Shown: positions 14,001 to 26,500 of the stretch, piece after piece
How positions within the stretch are numbered: position 1 is the first letter of the stretch
Layout: the number at the start of each line of letters is the position of its first letter
DNA from: Fimbriosthenelais zetlandica
Lineage: Eukaryota
Assembly (NCBI GenBank): GCA_977030845.1
Contig: OZ365118.1
Location: 20,522,001 to 20,586,000, forward strand
Direction of reading: 5' to 3'
Length of the DNA stretch: 64,000 nucleotides
The notes under the pieces: generated by a model
What the model was told of the DNA's origin: nothing
Databases searched by the model: none
The model's input: only the letters and a program-made list of their open reading frames with translations
Translations under genes and position numbers: made by a program

Positions 14001-17000
14001 GGCGCGGTAATTTCGGCGCCACAACCTTGAGCCATTTAGGAAATGGGAGTTGGTTTCTTGGCGCTGATCAATCGATGATTGCTTGGACTCTTTTCATGAT
14101 TCGATTAGCAGCTGATCATTCGACGGTTGCATCAAAATGTGCCTAATGGGGAAAACAATCAGTGGATTTATGATCAACTACGCCTGGACTGGGCAGGCGA
14201 CGGTAAGGACGCCTCTTACACTGCCTCCAACAAACTGGCAGGCCAAGGCAAGCTTCAATAAGCTAGCAAATGGGATTGCCTCTGGCTCGTGCCTTCCCAA
14301 CAAAATCACAAGCCAACCAGCACCTACCCCCAGCACCCCCTACAAGAAGATGACATCATTGGTTAACTAGCAGGAATTAGGCGCCAGATGGCCCTGGAAT
14401 CGTCTCCTACAGCTACCTTAACAGCAACCTAAAGACAAAGACATGAAGGAAAAGTTTTCTCGTTGGCTGACGCTCAAGCCGAATGGCTACAGCGTATCGC
14501 GGGCCACTAAGTGCTTATTAGGAGTTTCTGATGATATTTCCCGATAAACGCCTCATTGTGCAGCGAAATGAGTTACGACCGCTGTAATTGGTAAAAGGGA
14601 GTTAAGACAAATGGTATGGAAGTCTAATTAGTGTATTCTCGCAGGAGGCATGGGGAGTAAATGGGGTCTTTCATTGGGGGACTCATTGAAGATCACTAGT
14701 AAATTGCACCGTGAAGATTGGATATGAACCCACGTAAGTGCAAAAGTAGGACATTTAAGATACGCAAATGAAAAATCCGAGGACGACATAGGCCCTATAT
14801 AGTAAGATCAAGTCACCAAGGCTGATACCTATATACCCTGTACAAGCAAAGGTCCTTTATTGGGAGAATACGATCAGTAGAAACAGTAGAAATTGCTAAA
14901 GTTTGACATTTACTATGTGCAATGACAGAATGCGGGTAAGACATATAGTGAGATGATTAAGGCCCGGGTGTTACCTATACAAGCAATGATCATGTTAACG
15001 CCTTCTTAACCCCACCCTCACTAAATAAAAACATGCTACAGGGTCAGACCAACTCCTCACCCCCACCATCCATCATCCTGGACGGCAGGAATTCACAGAC
15101 TCAGAGAGAAACAGACCAGAGAAAATATGACATTTCACTCAGCGAGAGAAGGGGAAGTCAGTGAAAGTGCTCTAAAGAAGTTAGATTCAAGGAAAGAAAG
15201 GATCAGAAAGAATGAAAACTTTATGATACAAAATGCTCAAATATATGAGTATTTGTTCTGTCAAGGTGGTTTTCATTGTTTACTTTGAGTCTCCACCCAT
15301 TCCCACCCACCATAGTCCCCCATCCCCCTACCCCCTCCCGGATCTTATCCACATATTTCTCCACGGATCATGCCCTAAATTACACGCCATGTGTGGATGA
15401 TGATAGGACGAGTAGAGGCGAGAAAGTGCGTGTCTCAGGTCGAGAACAGCACTTTGAAATGTGTATCAATAAGAGTTTCAACTTGTAGTCATTATTTGGT
15501 ACGCAGAACTGACCCCTCGACCTGAGAGACATCTGTCGGCCTGAACACCAGACACTAAATCCTCCCCCGATTCTTTGCGCATGTGCAAAACGACCAACTT
15601 CCGTCATTTTCTCTCGGCCGTCTGAGCGAACTGTCTCCATCATTACCATTCATCAAACGATGGCTGAAACCAAATAGCTCACATTTCTTCTCTCAAAAAC
15701 TTTATATTTCCATTACCTTTTGATCTTTTAACATTCGGCGAATGTTCTATTTATACCAAGCGGAACTAATAGATCCCAGGACCTTTTGCTTCATCTATTT
15801 TTGTTATTTGCGGGGCAGTAACGAATGGAGGGAAAGAAGAGAAAATAGCCTTTTAGCTTTGTGTTTAGAATAACACATGTTTGCATGCAGGAGATAATGA
15901 GTTTTCTACCGCTTTCCATGCGCTATCCATGCCCACTCTATCCGGGCACATCTGATTCTGATTTGGAACTGGTCTGAGTTATTGGCCTGGCTGTCACATG
16001 ACCGACAATAAATCTCTTTCTGGTCTCGACATTTGGCCAATGTTTCTCTTGCTCTCCTACTAACTTGTTCTTTTCTATTCCAATGTCCCATGCAGACAGG
16101 ATGAGTATATAAATAGAAGATACATTTTATCATGAAAATATTCCAGTTCTTTGTATAGCTTGATTCTAGTTAATCAGATTAAGGAATAGTCTGAAAAATA
16201 TAGATTCAAATGCTGAGGATAGGATGCAAATTAATCCGACCATCTCCACTTTTATGTATGAATTTATGTTTGTACTTTTTTTCTCAAACTGACTTATGAC
16301 ACGGTCCTCTCTCAGTCTCACCCACTTCTCGCTCCAATATTGTCAGTATTAGAGGAGTTTTTAGATGATAATAACCATCCAGCTTTCTGGTCACATACCG
16401 TGATGATGGGTCGACTGTCGTGAGCAGACGACATGGCGTTTGGCGGGACTGTTTACTGCCATTAGACAGAGCCTCCTTGCCGTTTGTAAGCCGCCGATAA
16501 CGGAAATACGGCCAGCAGATCATTGCGCCCTGCATTTCCGGTCGGTCGTTATGGCAATCTGTCCAGTTTATGTATCTGTTGACGACATGGCTTGGATTTC
16601 CTTATGAGGCTTCCACTCGCCTTCCCCCATCCCCTTCACTACTCCTCCCTTCACCACCCCCTCCCCATTTTTCACCCCCATCAACCTCCCACCCACCCCA
16701 ATTCCATATCCTTATCCGTTTCACCTTTTCAGTCATGGCTGCATCTGGTCTACATATTGGAATATAGAATCTATCAGTTTTTTCCTAACATATTTGAATA
16801 TTTCTCATCAAGAGGACGTATTCCACATTGGAACATGCCATTGGGCTCCAGCCATGTAAAAACTCAGATGACTAGTAGGACTGTCTCGGCCTTTCAATAA
16901 AAGATAGGATCGGAGCGATTGGAAGCCTATCTAAATGCCAATGCTGGATTGATCCCTGAAAAAAGAGAGAGATAGGCGAGATTTGTCAAACTAAGAGAGC

Positions 17001-19693
17001 GAGGCGTGTAAATGATCCATTTAATGTACTGCCAATCCCTGCTTCAACCATTGGATAAGGAGGAATCTTAATAGGAAGATCCAAGAAAGCAGTTTGTTCA
17101 TCATGACCTTTACATCTCTTTCCATTTTGAACTTGATTTGAGGAGTTCAATATGCTTCAAGAAAGTGAACTACAAATCGTTTTGGATCCTGGTCCATTTG
17201 ATTACAGGCCTACTCGAGAGCCTCTTACAATATTCAAGATTTGCTCAAGGAAATTCGCGTCGATCCCCAGCGATGGAAATCAGGGATGTAACAGTCAAGT
17301 ACATTACCCACTGAGCGAGGACACTCCAACTTCTCTTCCTCTTTTATCTTTGAAGAGAACGGAAGGCATTGGGAGACCCAACCTCAAAGGTCAACCAAGA
17401 GGAAGGGGAGAGAAGCCAAGATAAGGTGTTCAAGGCTCTTATCATTACATTGTTTACTCCCCAGCCCCTTCTTGTAAAGGTCAGGGTTCATGAGACGTGT
17501 GTGGCGGCCATCTTGGATTGGATCTCTTGATCTCGCTTCTGGAAATGGAAGCTCCGATGCAGAAATGACAAAGGTAATTGAGGCAGAAGAGACAGACTGT
17601 GTGGGAATTACACCGGGCAAACAGCCCCATCATTTCTTCTCCACTGCCCCCGACTGCTCCAGAGGTTGTCAAGTAAATAGAAGGCCCCTCCACGGTGGAC
17701 ATTTGAGCAATAAAACAAGCCTACACGACATGGTATCAAACAGGTTCTTGTCCTGATAACTGGCCTTTCATTTTCACAAGCAATTTCCCCCACTGTGACC
17801 TCCTCGCACCTCCCACTGTTGATTTGATCAAGTGTGATTCAATAGGGCGAGGGGAAAATATTGTTATTATTTTCTGGTGGGACAATCAAAATGAGGGGAT
17901 TTATTTTCAGTGGCAGGGTGATAAATTATGGATGCTTCAGGATCGTCCTGAATGTCATTCAACTGTAGGCTATCTCCTCCTATTTAGATTACACAAAAAC
18001 TATGACAAGAAACTATGGTAAGACAACTTAACTATAGTTACAACAAAAATCAAATTACGAACTTTAAGCAATTCATAATCCTTTCACTACAATATTAAAA
18101 CAAAATATGAATGCTTAATCTAAGACGATTACTATTTATTTTTCCTCTTCCTGTTGTAAAGACTGATTTAAAAGTTTGCACTCGACAGCAAGAGCATGCA
18201 CATCCATTTTGATATTTAATAAAGTTTTGTTTTGTAACATCCTCCACATTTTAAACCATTCCCCATCCATCAATAGCCCTCTGCGAGAAGCGCAGGCCGT
18301 CAAATTCAAGTTGAGAGAAAAAACTTTAATTGGAGCTCCAATTATCGGTCGTTACTCGCCAATGAAACGCGATTAAAAAGAAGAAAAGGTATCAAACTGT
18401 GCGCGTGCAAACTCATCGTGGGGCGCCATTAAAGTGACAGGCGTTTTTTAACCGCGCGCGGATGGGGCAGAGTTTTTATAAGTGTTCCTATCTCTCAATG
18501 TTAGCAGCACAAGATGAGGAGCCGTGTAGGGCTCTACCCTTCCATGTATCATCATATGTTATTACATTTTTTTCACTTTTTATGTGGGAATAAAATGTAG
18601 TTACCAATAAAAATACTGGCAGATGTAATCAAATGGAAAGAATCCAGCAATTCTCAACAATTCCTACATATCCTCAACACCTCCCCCACCATCAAAGTAA
18701 AACCTGACGGTATTTGTCAAGTATTTAAATGAGATAATAGATAATGCCATCAAAAGTCATGGAATAAAAAGTATTTTGTTGCTGTGCTGATGGTTTACTT
18801 CAGCAGATCACCGCGGGTGGCGCCACTGAGGCAGCAATCTGCTGGTTAGTTTAGTTGTATAGATCTATCATCATATCTGGAGGAAGATCTCCCATCAGAA
18901 ACTTACACAGTAATATTCACTCTGACGGCATTTAAATGAACAGAAACACATCTTTAATTGAAGGGAAGTGATGTAAATATAGGAGGAAATGTGTATAATA
19001 GTCCATCAAATATAGACTTGGTATTGTTTAGTAATTTGACTTTGTGAATGTCGGTGTTCATTCTTCCATCTAATCATCACGACAAGCCCACCAGCACCTC
19101 CGGTGTGTTTTCACAAGAACTCACCAGAGTTCCTGATCTCATTTCCGGTTTGACGGCGGTCGGCGCTGTAGCCTGTAATTGAGACGCGCCTATTTCCGCG
19201 CGGCTCTCGCGCCATCATACATCTAGCCTACCTCTGTAAAACCACCTTTTTACCGCTCATTACATTGGTCAACTCCAAGCAGACGCCATTATTCAAAGAT
19301 GTTTTCTATGCGGCCTCTATTAGCAGGCGATATTTCTCTGGAGACTTGAATCGGAATCGATTCTGATATAAAAAGCCTTGTCGGCCTATCTGCATGGATG
19401 CAATGGATGCAATTCTAAAACCAAAATTCGCTATACCTCGTAAAATATAACGGACAGCAACTGCTTGCATGAATTTCCCATGCTTACCTATGTCTCAGCT
19501 ACGGTTCGCATTTGTCGCCAATTAAGAACAAATTATTGGTTTAGCGACTATGACTATTATGGCTATTTGTTTTGCTCTTTTTAAAAGCTATTTGATGTGG
19601 GATCGGTGTCATAAATGGCTACCAGTTTACTAAATATGCTAAATACATAGTGTTACATATGTAGTCTATAATGTATGTATTCAAAAGCCTGAA

Positions 19694-20163
19694 AGTGAAG
19701 CTAAGACCCGTCCTGTGCCTCCAAACTACCACCAGCTAGGCGGGTTCGAGGCACAGGATTGGTCTTAGCTCTGGGTGTGTGTAGGGGGTGGGGTGGGGTT
19801 GGGGGGGGGGGGGGGGTTGGAAAGTAGTGTAGTTAGAAGAAACAGTGGGGTGAGGGTACTAGTAGAGGTATTGAAGCAATGCATGAAACCAGTGGAGTGT
19901 GAAGGTAAAAGCTAGGGGGGGGGGGTAGAGCCTACTAGTAGAAAACCAGTGAAGCTCCAGTTAAAAGCAAAGAGTAGGGGGGGGGGGTGTAACTGGTGGG
20001 GACAGGATTTAGCTTTTACACCTATTGGATATGGATGGGAGGGGGGGGGGGGTTATTGTGAAGAGGCACCGTGGAAGGGGTACTAGTAAGTTGGGGGGGG
20101 GGGGGTTGTTACTGATCGTAGCTGGTGGTGGGTTCGAGATACAGGGCTGGTCTTAGCTTTCAC
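19694..20163. mobile_element. MITE-like non-autonomous element with ~42-45 bp imperfect terminal inverted repeats and a G-rich interior
   Basis: Reverse complement of 19694-19738 (TAGCTGGTGGTAGTTTGGAGGCACAGGACGGGTCTTAGCTT...) aligns with 20119-20163 (TAGCTGGTGGTGGGTTCGAGATACAGGGCTGGTCTTAGCTT...) at roughly 80% identity. The interior has five G runs of 11-16 nt and TACTAGTA three times (19857, 19933, 20081). No clear TSD and no coding capacity. Confidence 0.6.
19699..19770. repeat. 72-nt near-perfect hairpin (inverted repeat)
   Basis: AGCTAAGACC(CG)TCCTGTGCCTC 19699-19721 pairs with GAGGCACAGGA(TT)GGTCTTAGCT 19748-19770: 21 Watson-Crick pairs, 1 G-T and 1 mismatch, with a 26-nt loop. Confidence 0.9.
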
Positions 20164-21359
20164 ACCTCTCTGCTGCATGTCTAGTGGGGAAGGGGGAGTG
20201 GTGGTTGGAAGCTACAAGCCAACCATTCCACCCCCCCCGATTTCTCAACCCTACCCACACTGTCCCCTCTACCCCTAACAAACCCGCCTCTCCACTGCCC
20301 ACTGGTCAGCCACAATCACTGGTGCAGGGTTAAATCACAGGGGTCAAAAACTAGGAACGATCGTTAACAGAGTAAAAGTGTCTAATAATCCACCCAACAA
20401 AATTACACCCCTCTCCCCGACAATGCTTCTTTCTTTACTATTGGGCTTATATATATAGGGAGCCCCAATTGGCGACACACATGGTTACTGCTTTTTGAGG
20501 TCTAGCTGGAGCCCTGTGTATTTATATGTATCCACACCTGTGGAATAAGGCAGTTCAGTTCAGTGATCCATTCATTTTGTACAGGTTTCAATTAGATGAA
20601 GTCATGTCCCGGTAGGAGCTTTGTAGGCATCTCAAATGTCATTTTTGTCTCAGGACATACCATTGACTGTTGAGTTGATGGTAGGAGCGGCGCGCTGTAG
20701 TGGACGGGGCTTTATATTCCTTCTGTTTTAGCGGCTATTATTGAGTTAGGGAGGTCTGCTCGTGTCCATTCACAGTACAATGGGCAGCTAAAAGCTAATG
20801 GTTTTGGATTAGGTATCAGCATCAATGTCGCCTACTGCTGCGGGTTCTGGCGATGGGCTCCTTTCTCTGGCTTGTCTTCCTGTGCATCTCTTTATTATAC
20901 CATCCCCCCTCCCCATCCTCTCCCCCTTCCCCCCTCCTCCTCCACCCCTCTCATGTTTTTGACCCTATGTTAGGTGACTGTCCGTGAAACCATGCTTTTA
21001 AGCGCGTTCTTTAAGCTCTTCTGCTTCACTTCCGCTAATTGGCGCCATGTTTCCGGTGCTCCCTCGTGACGCGCCGTCCGGAGAAATCATGGCCGCGCGC
21101 GCCATAACGGAAACTGAATGTGAAAACTACAAGGCCGTCGGTGCGAGTTATGCCGGCTATAATTCTGGGCAGGAGGAGCTTTTATCTTTTTAGTGAGCAC
21201 CATGGAGGGGTTGGCGCATCTGTGACCCGCGCTCATGACTTCACCTAGTGCGCGCCATGGCCGTCAGACCGCGCTCGGCGCTGGGTGTGATGATTCCTTC
21301 ATCAATTTTCACTAGTCACATATCGAGCGGCTTTTCATAAGTCAAGCGAGATGCACGGC

Positions 21360-21720
21360 AAGAGAGAGCAAAAGACAGGAGAGGAGGAGAGGAGGAGAGG
21401 GAGAGGCGAGGAGGAGAGGGAGGGAGAAGCAGCAGCAGCAGAGGTGGTGGTGGGGAAAACGAGAGGAAAGGCGGGAAGAGGAAAGGCAAAGGAAAGGTGG
21501 GAAGATGTAAAATGAAGGATTGCGAAATGGAGAAAATAATTGAATGAAATGAAAAGATAAGATGTAAAATGAAATGGCCAAAACATCAGAGGAAAGAGTG
21601 GAAAGGGGGAGGCTAAAACGGGATAAAAAGATAAGAAAGATGGAAGCAGAAAGAAGAAAGCCGCATTAGCAAGGAGGGGCAGTGAGAGAGTAGTGAGGGA
21701 GAGATGAGGAAGGCTAAATT
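21360..21720. repeat. Polypurine (GA-rich) low-complexity tract
   Basis: Top strand is almost entirely A/G; it produces the spurious F/L/S-rich minus-strand ORF 21335-21817. Confidence 0.85.
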
Positions 21721-23359
21721 GAACTGGCTGAAGGGTGCACGCGCTAAGATACCCCTGCGACAATTTGATTAACGTGCGAAAAAGCTCCGTTGCATTTTGA
21801 TATGCTTGCCCGGCCATTTTCAGCTCCTATTTCTCATGCGTTGGCGCTTGCTGGGCCGCAATAAATTTTGGCGGGGATTATGCCTAATGGGCGAATGCAT
21901 GCATATTTTATATGGCATCTGGCGTTATATCGACACTGTGCGTCTTTCTCTTCCCCCCGACCCTGTCTAATGTGATGGGAGGGGTGGAGCGAGACGAGAC
22001 AGAACGTCACTGGTCATCTGTCCTCAAAGAGATGACCACAAGCCTTGATACTGACACGGGGGGAAACTGCTGACCAATGTCCATAATGTACATTCCAATA
22101 CCTGAGGTTGACCACCACTCAATATCCTATATCCTAATCACCAATCTCTTGTACAGCAAAGACAAACTTGTGATTGATATCTTTTAGATATAGAAGGATA
22201 CAAAGCCAATGCCTTTTGCAATCCGCCTTTGACAGCAGTACGGTAGTAGTATATAACATTGTGCGACATATCCAGGCAAAGTACACATTCATGTATACCG
22301 AAAAAAGCCAGCGGGAGGTAAGGCAGTTTATCCCTCGCCTTGTAATTCATGATGCAAGGAGGACTGGTAGGGTGGGAGCTTTAGAGCTGCGTTCATACTA
22401 ATACGATACTTTACGGTCCTCCCTTCACAAAGGCTTTAGACACAAGTAGCTCCCAATGCAAGGGACGCATAAAATTTATCAAGCTTGATTCTGCAGGCTT
22501 AACATGAAAGTTCCAGAGCTAATGCAACAGGCCAAATGGCACATATTGGATACCAATTGTGCAAAATATTACATATTCTCCCCTTGGTGAGGTTTCCCAC
22601 TATTCAAGACTGGTTGCACATAGCCAGGGCAAGACTCGGATGAGATTAGGCTTAGTATGAACACGGTATATGAGTGAGGGAGTGTGAGAAGGGTAGGGTG
22701 TTAGAGGACGGGGAGAGAAGGGCTGGTGGATCAGGGGCTAGCTCAGTCAGACAGTGATACTGTGGCTTTGTTCCATTATTAAAACATTAGCTGAACACGC
22801 CTGCACCTGGCTCCCCCTCCAGGCTCCTCGCTAGGCTATCCCTGGCTGGAGTAGGGGGTGGGTGAGAGAAATGACTCCAAGTGAAATGTATTATTTCATG
22901 GAAAGATATCTTCCTGAATAGTCTGAAAGATGAGCTATCATTTCTGAATCATTTGGCAAAAGCACTGGTAGAACTCACGACCCTGTACCAGCATCTGAAT
23001 GAGGGTGTGGAGGGATGGGGGAGGGATGGGGGGGGGGAGGGGTTTAAGCCCCTCAAGCCCCCCTTACTTTAATCACCCCTCCCTTCCTCATCCCCTTCCG
23101 CAGTTAAAACACCAGCCCTGTTTTCATTTCAAACGACTCTATTTCACACAGATAGGATTATTGGCAAATTATTTGTAGAGGCAGGAGTGACAAGTGGGTC
23201 TCAAAGGATGATCCCATCATGTGACGGGAGATTAGGAGAGGCGGGGAGATAGCAGACAAAGTCTGTACTTGTGTTGTACCAATCATACAGCAGTATGAGA
23301 TTCACTCAAAGCTGAATCACTATTGAACAAAGGTCAACTTGTGTCCCAAATACTTTAAC

Positions 23360-23582
23360 TCCTGTCACATCAAGCTTCTCCTGTAACTGTCACATCCTGC
23401 AGCTGCTGTCACATCAAGCTCCTGCTCCTACTGCGACACTCAGCTCCTTCTATTGCTGTCACATTCAACTCCTTTTCCCACTGTCACCTCAAGCTCCTTC
23501 TCCTATACTGTCACATCCAGCTCCTGCTGTCACAACCCTCTCCTCCTTCTGTCACAACCTCCTTCTGCTCCTGTCACATCCC
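23360..23582. repeat. Degenerate minisatellite with core CTGTCAC(A), period 19-27 bp, ~10 units
   Basis: CTGTCA at 23362, 23387, 23406, 23456, 23481, 23508, 23527, 23549 and 23571, plus variant CTGCGACA at 23431; pyrimidine-rich related spacers (AAGCTCCT-like). Confidence 0.9.
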
Positions 23583-26500
23583 GGACGTACTGTTCCTGTT
23601 CAATCTAACATTTTGACAGGAGAAACTTCCTAAGGAATAAACGCTAAAAACTTAATAAAACCTCTGATTGTACAGAAGCCCATATAGTTGACAGCAAGCA
23701 AGACTTTGTTCATGAAGTGACAGTGTGAGCAGGGCGCAGTCGGAGTATGGCTTATCACAGGCCATGCACGGGACCCACAGACATTAATCAAACTCCAAAA
23801 GTCATCTCCCAGATTAATTCCCCTCCAAGATGTCCTTTCCTTCCATATTTAAAAAACTCCCATCACAAAATGTGCGAGTTGAGGGGGTCAGGACAAACAA
23901 GATGCTTGTGGTTTCATTATTAATATTGATTTATTTATTTGTGGCGGGGTGGGGAGATGAAGGCTTTGTGGAGCATGCATGCGGCGCAGACTGATCAGGG
24001 AGAGCATTGCCAACCATCGTATCAATGATTAAGCACTTTCTTCTATACATGATCCGTTTTATGAAGGTGAATAAATAACACATTTAGCAGGAATATATGG
24101 CATTCCTTTACCGAGGTGCTAAGTGTTAACAGTCGACTCACGTGAGTTAGAAAGGCAGGCCGGCCTAACTCATAACCTTAATGTACGATCCCAGCCACTC
24201 TTGCTACCAATGAAATATAGCGTGGGACAATGTCTTTGTAGCAGGGCCCGGGCGGCCTTAACTCGCTCTATCTTTGGACTTAGCTGGCCCTCTCTAACTA
24301 ATCTGCCCACTCGCTGAATGGAATAAGAGTGGGCAGCGAGCACCTCACAACTTCTGGCTTCCTCACTTAAGAGTGTAATGGTGTTTTGGCTTGGCTTCTC
24401 TTAGCCGTAGATTGAGTGCACCGCGGAACAATTAGTTTTAAAAGTAAAGGGGATTGCTTTGGGTTAGACTGTTTTACTGTTATTGGACCATTAGGCAAAC
24501 TCCAAGGTGAATCTAGTGACCAGTGATTGAATAAAAACATGGTCAACTCACCCTGAAGTAACAACAGGAAGCCAGAAACTTGTACCTTCACATACTAGCC
24601 TATAGACGTGAGCAGAAGAAAACATTGCAATACTGAACTCTTCAAAAGTTCATCTGGCTTGTATGAAATCTTCATGTACAAGTTCAGTTATCTGAGCACT
24701 TTGCCAAGTTCCTTTCTCCATTACATTACATTTACTTTTGATTTAAAACCAATTGTAAGAAGCCAAATAGGTAAGCCATCACTAAACAATTACTACTATG
24801 ACTTTTTCCATAACATAAAACTAAATGAGAAGGTGTCGTGACATGTATGAGAAGTAAAGGGCAGGAGAAAGCTGCCCGCCCGCCTAACTGGTGACTCCCA
24901 TGCACCCAGAGGAGCGGTGAACAGGTCCTAGACGAGCTTCACTGTTTGCCCACTAGTCGGCGCTCCATGTTCCTCCTTCACCGGAAAAGGAAACAGCTCA
25001 TCGATGGCCGGAAGTTGCGCAGTCATAAGAGATGGAAAATCATCGTGATCGACCAAAGTGGAAAACGGTGGGCAGCAACATAAGCCGACCGTCGATAGCG
25101 AGGCTGTATGAAAAACAGGACGATCATTAACTAAATCCAATTACACATATCGAGGCGAGGGGTCGAGATATAATGAGAACGAAGAGGGAGTTCATTTTAC
25201 TGGATTGCCAAGTAACATGACTCGCCAGACCCAAAGGGTCGTTTCTCCTGGGATCGCTAGAGGCCACCACCTGCATGCAACATCCGAATGTGAATGGGAA
25301 ATTCGAATGATGATATTGCATTTTTGTATGGAGGGGAAATATCAATCTAATTGAAAGTGTATCGCCGATATTCATTATTTCAGAAGGAAAACCACTGGGG
25401 CCCCTTGTGTGCCATAGTATGGGGCTGGATTGCGTGATGGCCAGGAGGGGGGTAGAATGGCCCCGAGCGAGGGTAGCGATTGTTAGTTGCTGCTTGACTG
25501 ATGAAGTGGCCCCAAACACCCAACTGTGGTCCCTCAGAGGGCCAGAACAGACAAGCTCCAAACATCTTCTATCTCTTTGATCGCTAGTAGCTAATGCACG
25601 AGGTGCTTGGGCATTGCAAAAAAGCTATCAGTCAGGTATCTCTGGCCCCCTGGTCCCAGAGGCAGGCCAGGGTAGGGAGGTAGGGGTGGGGGCGGGGTAG
25701 TACCCCATAAAATCAATTTAATTTGAAGGCTGTTTCTAGACATCTATATAGGTGAATAGGACAACCATTACTTGGCAAGTGCAAGGCAATGAGACTGTGT
25801 CATATTGAACAGTTCATACAGGAATTGCAGGAATCACACCTATAAAAACTGGCCGAAGTACTTTTTTCTGACGCAGGTAATAGTTAACCTTTCTGGGCAA
25901 CAAAAGCTTTTCGAAGGCAGTAACTAAGTACATAGCCCCGAGTCCAGGTCTGTAGCTGGCATGCAACATTCTGTTCAGGAACAATAGGAGGATTCGGTTG
26001 GGTTTCAGTACAAGTCAGTCATTGACCTTTTCATTCAGTCTACAAAGGTCAAGTTAATCTTAGGAAAAAAGTTCTAAGATGGGTTGAGATTGTCTTGAAA
26101 AGAACTATTCTTACATATGTGGCCACATAAAAACGACCATTTCCATATACCTCTCACATATTGAAGGCAACATCATGATATAATTGGGCCACATTAGTCT
26201 CAATGTTTTTGAAGCAGTCTGCCCCATGGAGTTAACTTTTCTATTGCTTCCGCCGTCAGAAAAAAGACTGATTAAGACACTGGCAGCATTTTAATGGATG
26301 CACCCCTGTTCAGCATTGCACATGCATTGTAAATCAAACTGATGGTTTGCATAATGCATGGAGGAGAGGACGTATGGTGCTTGTCTTCCCAAAGCAAAGA
26401 TTGAAGTACACCAGCATGTATATTTAATGTTAATATCTTCTCTTTCTTTCATCTCAATTTGGCGTAGGGTCTTGCCTAACTTTCCATTCATTGCCTACGT

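Noticed and set aside
19742-20140. GGTTCGA B-box-like words suggesting a tRNA or tRNA-derived SINE
   Set aside because: No A box at 30-60 nt spacing and no cloverleaf; the words are part of the inverted repeats.
21335-21817. 160-aa minus-strand ORF
   Set aside because: Product of the GA-rich tract (F/L/S/P-rich); not protein-like.
23360-23582. Possible CRISPR-like repeat-spacer array
   Set aside because: The repeat core is only 7-8 bp, spacers are 11-19 nt and similar to each other, there are no cas genes, and the context is eukaryotic.
24303-24336. 10-bp perfect hairpin CTGCCCACTC/GAGTGGGCAG; also 12-15 bp palindromes at 24136-24147 and 59662-59676
   Set aside because: About one such stem or palindrome is expected by chance in 64 kb, and there is no additional support.
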